The notes beneath the pieces were generated by a model. The model did not search any database, had not been told where the DNA came from, and was given only the letters and a program-made list of their open reading frames with translations. From positions 279,266 through 343,265 of the forward strand of contig JBBAAI010000001.1 of NCBI GenBank assembly GCA_041658325.1: a stretch of 64,000 bases of DNA. The letters run 5' to 3'. Positions 59,101 to 64,000 of the stretch are shown here, piece by piece. Source of the DNA: Minisyncoccota bacterium. Its GTDB lineage: Bacteria > Patescibacteriota > Minisyncoccia > Phycocordibacterales > UBA9973. Every line of letters starts with the position of its first letter. Position 1 is the stretch's first letter. A program made the position numbers and the translations under genes.

Positions 59101-59350
59101 GATCTTTGTCTTTTCTTCCGCGGCTTGAGATGTAAGCTTCTACTCCGATAATTGGTTTTATTCCAGCTTTTTTAGCTAGTTTATAAAATTCAATGGCTCC
59201 GTACATATTGCCGTGGTCTGTTATGGCTATCGCTGGCATATCGCGTTCTTTTGCCAGATCGACTAAATCTTCAAGCTTAGAAAGCCCATCCAATAGTGAA
59301 TAGTGCGAGTGGGTATGGAGGTGTATAAATTGTGGGCTATCTTTTTCCAT
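56135..59350 (-). CDS. dnaE: DNA polymerase III alpha subunit
   Basis: HLHTHSHYSLLDG PHP domain, RGSVAGS, PDIDMDF, HAAGVVI and YGFNKAHA. Confidence 0.98.
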   Translation of the reverse strand: MEKDSPQFIHLHTHSHYSLLDGLSKLEDLVDLAKERDMPAIAITDHGNMYGAIEFYKLAKKAGIKPIIGVEAYISSRGRKDKDPGVDNKRYHLTLLAKNMQGYKNLMRLVTISNLEGFYYKPRMDKEILREYSEGIIALSGCLGGELSRALANKNEEKGETIIKEYQDIFGKENYFLEIMKHPTVPGDREVRESIIKLGNKFNIPLVATVDSHYPCSGDNKAHETLLAIQTNSDTKDENKFSFGDDDYSFIDTKQAQELFKDTPEAVTNTAMVADLCNLELELGRWVFPNFIIEEGKTYDEKLRELTYAGLKNLEIKETPEIKERIEYELKIIFDKGYSPYFLVVDDLLDYATANGILTTIRGSVAGSIVTYLLGITNVNPIEYKLPFERFLNPFRPSAPDIDMDFADNRRDEMIEYAKRKYGEDKVAQIGTFGTMMARGAVRDVARALAHPYAIGDRISKMIPMGSQGMPMTIDHAMEIVPELRDAYKNEKDTKEIIDLAKKLEGCVRHISVHAAGVVIAPKPIYEYMPTQLDPKGGKIITQYDMYSAEDAGLLKFDFLGIRNLAILADAISLVKKFYDIKIEINHIPLDDKKTFALLANGQTEGLFQLNGSGMTRYLKELKPTSIHDINAMVALYRPGPMESIPEYIKRKHNSKLVKYLDPRMKKFLGESYGLIVYQDDLLFSAIELAGYNWEEADKFRKAVGKKIPKEMAAQREKFTEGIIKNGQTPEFAEKLWKLFEPFQAYGFNKAHAASYGRVAYQTAYMKAHYPVEYMTAILTAESGDVEKISEIIEECKNMKIPVMPPNINESFGGFTCLPHEKDTVISTENKSEKIRFGFYTIKNLGTDISDAIIAERKLNGKFKSITDFLDRIKHKNLNKKSMDALIKSGCMDEWNDRGILLANLEAMLEYNKENFKQSQNQVSLFGGTTEIKALEFKMQPGKEANQAEKLLWEKELLGLYISGHPLDRLRDKLEKRTVNIKKIKEEFGNGMQITIAGIIESSRQVVTKNNERMAFLKIADLTDSIEAVAFPSLFKESIDILVPEKCIALSGKVSNRNGEKSIIIEAVKEI

Positions 59351-59364
59351 GATAGAATAATAAC

Positions 59365-60390
59365 ATGAAAAAAATAAGAGTGGGCATTAATGGTTTTGGG
59401 AGAATTGGCAGGGCTTTTTTGAAGATTGCCCTAGAGAGACCAGAAATTGAAATAGTGGCATTAAACGATCTGGGTGACATTGCTAATATGGCCTATTTAC
59501 TTAAACATGACACGGTTTATCGAGAATGGAATCACAATATTTCTGTGGACGGAGACTCTTTAGTAATTGATGGAAAAAAAGTAAAAGTCTTAGCGCAAAA
59601 AGATCCAAGTGCTCTTCCTTGGAAAGATTTAGAGATAGACGTAGTGGTGGAGTCAACTGGACTTTTTATTTCTTATGATAAAGCAAATGCACACATTAAA
59701 GCAGGAGCAAAAAAGGTGGTAATTTCTGCGCCGGAGAAAGGTGGAGATGGCACAGTACAGGGGGAGACAATTCTGCTTGGGGTGAATGAAGAAAAATTTG
59801 GTGTCTGTGATATTACTTCAAATGCGTCTTGCACGACGAATGCCGCTAGCCCCTTAATCGCGATTTTAGATGAGGCGCTTGGTATAGAGAAAGCAATTTT
59901 AAATACCGTGCATGGATATACCGCTTCCCAGGGAATTGTCGATGGACCAAATAAAAAAGATTTTCGTGAAGGTCGCGCCGCAGCGCAAAACATCGTGCCT
60001 AGTTCTACCGGGGCGGCTATTGCCGTGACCAAAGCTTTTACAAAACTAGAAGGACTTTTTGACGGAGTGGCGATGAGGGTGCCAGTGCCAGCTGGATCTA
60101 TCGTAGACGTTACTTTTATTTCCAAAAAGAATACATCTAAAGAAGAAGTAAATGAAATTTTAGAAAAAGCATCTAAAGATGAAAGATGGAAAAATATTTT
60201 TGCTGTTACCGAAGAAGAACTTGTTTCAAGTGATATTCTTGGGAGCAAATACGGCTCTATCGCGGATCTAAAAATGACTCGTGTGGTCGGAGGTAATCTC
60301 GTAAAAGTTATGGGCTGGTACGACAACGAAATGGGATATGCCTACACTCTAGTTGACCACGTTATCAAAACAGGGGAGACTATAAAATAA
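59365..60390 (+). CDS. gap: glyceraldehyde-3-phosphate dehydrogenase, type I
   Basis: GINGFGRIGR, SNASCTTN and WYDNEMGY. Confidence 0.98.
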   Translation: MKKIRVGINGFGRIGRAFLKIALERPEIEIVALNDLGDIANMAYLLKHDTVYREWNHNISVDGDSLVIDGKKVKVLAQKDPSALPWKDLEIDVVVESTGLFISYDKANAHIKAGAKKVVISAPEKGGDGTVQGETILLGVNEEKFGVCDITSNASCTTNAASPLIAILDEALGIEKAILNTVHGYTASQGIVDGPNKKDFREGRAAAQNIVPSSTGAAIAVTKAFTKLEGLFDGVAMRVPVPAGSIVDVTFISKKNTSKEEVNEILEKASKDERWKNIFAVTEEELVSSDILGSKYGSIADLKMTRVVGGNLVKVMGWYDNEMGYAYTLVDHVIKTGETIK

Positions 60391-60401
60391 AAAAGAATAA
60401 A

Positions 60402-61406
60402 TTAAACATAAAAGGCAGATAACTTTTCAGTGACCGTATTGTCTAAAAGTTCATTTTCTATCATCCAAGTGTCTGAGAAAGCGTGAGTTAAATAACTTTC
60501 CCCACTGTCTCCTATCATTAAAACCATCGTTTTAACGCTAGAATCTTTCGGGCTGTTTTGAATAAATTTCATAGCATAGTAAAGCGCCATACCGCTTGAG
60601 TCTCCAACCAGTAATCCTTTCTTGTGGGCAAAAAATCGCATAGTATTAAAAGCTTCAGCGTCAGACACATAATCGTGTAGATCAAAAATTGAGGAGTCAA
60701 TATTTTTAGGTAAGATAGCTCCGGCAGGGTATCCGGGACCAGAAATAAAATATCCATGGCCGTGAGGAGAGAAATGACTAGAGCCCTCTGGTTCCAAGGC
60801 AATTATTTTTACTTTACTATTTTCTTTAAGATATTTACCTGACCCAGAGAGAGAGCTGCCTGTGCCAATGGTTCCCACTAGATAATCAATATCGGGTGTC
60901 TGTTCAAAAATTTCTTTACCTAAAGTTTTATAAAAACCGAGGGGATTTTCAGGATTATCATATTGATCTAGATTAATGCCATTAGTTTCTTCTGCTAATT
61001 TTTTTGCCATATTTCGACGAACATCTACTAAATGGCCACCTGGGTCGCCTTCTTTTTCAGCGCAAAAATGAAGTTTAGCTCCATAAGCCAAAATAGAATT
61101 AAGTTTGTCTGCTGGGGCGTGGTTATCAACAACTGCCACAAATTTATATCCTCTTTCTGCAGAAAGCATCGCTAAGGCTTTAGCGGTATTGCCCGAAGAA
61201 GATTCATAGATTGTCATTCCACTTTTTAATTTTCCAGATTTCTCCGCTGCCTCTATCAGTGCTCTCGCGGTACGGTCCTTAAAACTTCCGCCAGGGTTAA
61301 AATATTCTAACTTTAAATATATTTTCCAATCGGTCCTTATGGTTTTTACCTCCAGCATTGGAGTGTTTCCAATCAGGTCGCGCAGATTGTCTTTTACATT
61401 ATGCAT
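60402..61406 (-). CDS. PLP-dependent cysteine synthase / cystathionine beta-synthase family protein
   Basis: IGNTP, KLEYFNPGGSFKDR, ESSSGNT, QYDNP and GTGSS. Confidence 0.88.
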   Translation of the reverse strand: MHNVKDNLRDLIGNTPMLEVKTIRTDWKIYLKLEYFNPGGSFKDRTARALIEAAEKSGKLKSGMTIYESSSGNTAKALAMLSAERGYKFVAVVDNHAPADKLNSILAYGAKLHFCAEKEGDPGGHLVDVRRNMAKKLAEETNGINLDQYDNPENPLGFYKTLGKEIFEQTPDIDYLVGTIGTGSSLSGSGKYLKENSKVKIIALEPEGSSHFSPHGHGYFISGPGYPAGAILPKNIDSSIFDLHDYVSDAEAFNTMRFFAHKKGLLVGDSSGMALYYAMKFIQNSPKDSSVKTMVLMIGDSGESYLTHAFSDTWMIENELLDNTVTEKLSAFYV

Positions 61407-61493
61407 TGTTGGATTATATCATGATATTTGTAAAATTTGAGCATGTTGTGGATTATATACTACAGATAAAAAAAGTGATATAATTTTATTATT

Positions 61494-61970
61494 ATGAAAA
61501 TATATATTGGCACAGATCATGCGGGGTACGTATTAAAAGAAAAACTTGTTTCTTTTTTGAAAGTTCAAGGATATGAAGTTATAGATGAGGGCGCTTATAC
61601 TTATGATGAAAATGATGATTACCCAGATTTTGTTGTTCCTGTGGCGCGTGCTATTTCAAAAGATCCAGATGGAACAAAGGGCATTATCCTCGGTGGTACA
61701 GGACAAGGGGAAGCTATGGTGGCAAATAGATTTCCTCACGTTCGAGCTATTGTTTATTATGGTAAAGTTACGCCTGTTGTAGAAGATGAATCAGGTATTT
61801 TAGCTAGATCAAGAGCACACAATAATTCAAATATTCTTTCTTTGGGCGCCAGATATTTTACCGAGGAAGATATGATGGAAATAGTTAATTATTGGCTTCA
61901 TGCTCCATATAGTGGGGAAGAAAGACACGTTCGTCGTTTGAAAAAAATTGATGATCTCAAAATAAATTAA
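61494..61970 (+). CDS. rpiB: ribose-5-phosphate isomerase B family
   Basis: GTDHAG, DDYPDF, GTGQGE..ANR, HNNSNILSLG and ERHVRR. Confidence 0.9.
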   Translation: MKIYIGTDHAGYVLKEKLVSFLKVQGYEVIDEGAYTYDENDDYPDFVVPVARAISKDPDGTKGIILGGTGQGEAMVANRFPHVRAIVYYGKVTPVVEDESGILARSRAHNNSNILSLGARYFTEEDMMEIVNYWLHAPYSGEERHVRRLKKIDDLKIN

Positions 61971-61971
61971 T

Positions 61972-62694
61972 ATGGCTGAAATAATTCCTACGATATTGGA
62001 AAAAAATTTTAATGAAATAAAAAATAAACTTACTTTTTTACGTGGGCGAGCGAAATGCGTGCAAATAGATTTTTGTGATGGACTTTACGTCCAAAATCAG
62101 ACTTGGCCTTTTGCTACTGGTGGATTTAATGATTATGATTTTCAGAAAATTTTAAACGAAGAAGAGGGAATGCCTTTTTGGGAGGAATTCGATTTTGAAT
62201 TTGATTTAATGGTGGAACATGCGATAGAGAATTTTGATATTTATATGAAGCTGGGACCAAAGAGAATGATTTTTCATCTTAAGGGGGAAAAGAATGTTAA
62301 AGATTTCGAACATTTTTTAGAAGGCTTGGATATGTATGTACGCGATAATGTAGAAATCGGTATCGCCATTTATCCGGAAGATGATTTGTCGGTCGCATTG
62401 CATTTTGCTAATTCTGTCGCATCACGTTTTGCCAACAAAGTTGATTTTATACAGTGTATGGGAATAGATAAAGTTGGTTTTCAAGGGCAAAAATTAAATG
62501 AGAAAGTAATAAAAAATATTGCATTATTAAAAAATAAATTACCCGGAATAGTATTGTCTGTAGATGGTGGTGTAAATTTAGAAAATATTGAAATGTTATT
62601 GAAGGCAGGAGTAGATAGAATTACAGTTGGTTCCGGTATTTGGAAAAGCCCGGATCCGATCGGCGCATTGGAAACCCTTCAAAGTTTGGTATAA
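61972..62694 (+). CDS. rpe: ribulose-phosphate 3-epimerase (divergent)
   Basis: QIDFCDG, DLMV, GFQGQ, SVDGGVN and AGVD..VGS; lies between rpiB and transketolase. Confidence 0.85.
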   Translation: MAEIIPTILEKNFNEIKNKLTFLRGRAKCVQIDFCDGLYVQNQTWPFATGGFNDYDFQKILNEEEGMPFWEEFDFEFDLMVEHAIENFDIYMKLGPKRMIFHLKGEKNVKDFEHFLEGLDMYVRDNVEIGIAIYPEDDLSVALHFANSVASRFANKVDFIQCMGIDKVGFQGQKLNEKVIKNIALLKNKLPGIVLSVDGGVNLENIEMLLKAGVDRITVGSGIWKSPDPIGALETLQSLV

Positions 62695-62702
62695 TAAATT
62701 TA

Positions 62703-63545
62703 ATGTTTCTTTCTGAAGAAAAAATAAAAGAACTGGCGAAGAAAGCAAATGATATTCGAATATCTATTATTGAGATGCTCGTAGAAGCAAAGAGTGGGCA
62801 CACGGCAGGGCCTCTCGGTATGGCGGATATTTTTACACTTTTTTATTTTCATATTTTAAAACACGATCCGAAAAATCCATCTTGGGAAGAGCGCGACAGA
62901 TTTGTACTTTCTAATGGCCACATTGCGCCGGTACTTTATGCGACGATGGCGCATGCTGGATATTTTCCAGTTGAAGAATTAAAAACTTTACGAAAATTCG
63001 GTACGAGATTACAAGGTCATCCACACCGCGAATATATGCCGTGGTTAGAAAATTCCTCAGGGCCGTTAGGTTCTGGGCTTTCGCAAGCGGTAGGTATGGC
63101 TCTTGCGGACAAAATAGACAAAAAAGATAAAGATAGATTTATATATTGCTTTATGTCTGATGGGGAAATGGATGAAGGAAATACTTGGGAAGCAATAATG
63201 CTTGCGGGAAAACATAAATTAAGAAATTTAATTGCGGTGGTTGATAGAAACAATATTCAAATTGAAGGATATACCGAGGACGTGATGCCCCTTGAGCCAT
63301 TTCATGCGAAATGGAAATCTTTTAATTGGCACGTGATAGAAGTTTCCGGACATGACTTTAGAGCATTGAATGAAGTAGTGGAAGAAGCGCAAGAAATTTT
63401 TGAAAAACCGACAGTGATTATTGCGCATACGATACCAGGCAAAGGAGTAAAAGAATTTGAAAGAGATTATAAATGGCACGGAAAGCCACCGACTAAAGAA
63501 GAAGGAGAGATGGCTTTAAAAGAATTAAGAAATTTAAGATTTTAA
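62703..63545 (+). CDS. transketolase, N-terminal subunit
   Basis: SGH, DRFVLSNGH, LQGHP, GPLGSGLS and TPP-binding SDGEMDEG. Confidence 0.93.
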   Translation: MFLSEEKIKELAKKANDIRISIIEMLVEAKSGHTAGPLGMADIFTLFYFHILKHDPKNPSWEERDRFVLSNGHIAPVLYATMAHAGYFPVEELKTLRKFGTRLQGHPHREYMPWLENSSGPLGSGLSQAVGMALADKIDKKDKDRFIYCFMSDGEMDEGNTWEAIMLAGKHKLRNLIAVVDRNNIQIEGYTEDVMPLEPFHAKWKSFNWHVIEVSGHDFRALNEVVEEAQEIFEKPTVIIAHTIPGKGVKEFERDYKWHGKPPTKEEGEMALKELRNLRF

Positions 63546-63557
63546 TATGTTGCTTAT

Positions 63558-64000
63558 ATGTTAAATGCAAAACTAAAATTAAATCCGAAAATTTTTAATG
63601 AAGACGTGGAGCAAGTGCCTATTCGCAAAGGTTTCGGGCAAGGATTGCTCACGGCAGGAGAAATAGATGAAAATGTTGTCGGACTTTGCGCCGACTTAAC
63701 AGAGAGTACGCAGATGCATTTATTCGCGGATAAATTTCCAAATAGATTTATACAAGTTGGAGTGGCTGAGCAAAATTTAGCGACGATTGCTTCGGGGATG
63801 TCGGCGATGGGGAAAATTCCATTTTGTTCTTCTTATGCGATGTTCTCTCCGGGCAGAAACTGGGAACAAATAAGAACAACAATAACTTATAATGATAGAA
63901 AAGTTGTTATTGTTGGATCACATGCAGGTATTTCTGTGGGTCCTGATGGGGGAACGCATCAAGCCCTGGAAGATATCGCCTTGATGAGGGTGATGCCTAA
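63558..64000 (+). CDS. transketolase, C-terminal subunit (runs off the window)
   Basis: Hand translation MLNAKLKLNP...LCADLTEST...GVAEQNL...HAGISVGPDGGTHQALED. Confidence 0.92.
   Translation, partial: MLNAKLKLNPKIFNEDVEQVPIRKGFGQGLLTAGEIDENVVGLCADLTESTQMHLFADKFPNRFIQVGVAEQNLATIASGMSAMGKIPFCSSYAMFSPGRNWEQIRTTITYNDRKVVIVGSHAGISVGPDGGTHQALEDIALMRVMP

Noticed and set aside
56135-59350. Inteins or introns in dnaE, rpoB or rpoC
   Set aside because: Lengths are normal or compact, and no C/S...HN splice motifs or homing endonuclease segments are evident.
59673-60326. 217-aa antisense ORF inside gap (and similar shadow ORFs in rpoB, rpoC, tsf and dnaE)
   Set aside because: These mirror the codon bias of conserved genes on the other strand and have no recognisable motifs.

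Overview
This is an AT-rich, gene-dense window read with the standard code (TGA acts as a stop). Gene content and order, the near-absence of Shine-Dalgarno sites and the CCCGTTAGAAAT inverted repeat point to a Patescibacteria/CPR (Parcubacteria, possibly Nomurabacteria) chromosome; this is an inference. Core blocks: rpsP-khpA-trmD, rpoB-rpoC-dnaG-rpoD, tsf/rpsB, proS-mreB-mreC-tgt, RNase P RNA, three tRNAs (Thr, Ala, Asn), surface and secreted proteins, a mannose cluster (PMM, PMI, GH130), fmt/def/hisS/lepB/pth/dnaE, and gap/rpiB/rpe/transketolase. The main finding is a 7.8 kb integrative element (24017-31823) bounded by 7-bp GGTGGAC repeats in the 3' end of tRNA-Ala. The crossover lies inside its serine recombinase gene. 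In the integrated state the enzyme ends in a 20-aa tail read antisense through the tRNA. Excision would fuse it in frame to a different 36-aa tail now parked at the far end of the element, and would restore the tRNA's CCA and terminator. The element also carries a cloverleaf antisense-type RNA candidate, a LexA-like repressor, a DUF3892 protein and a replication-like gene. All calls come from motif recognition by eye; no database searches were run.
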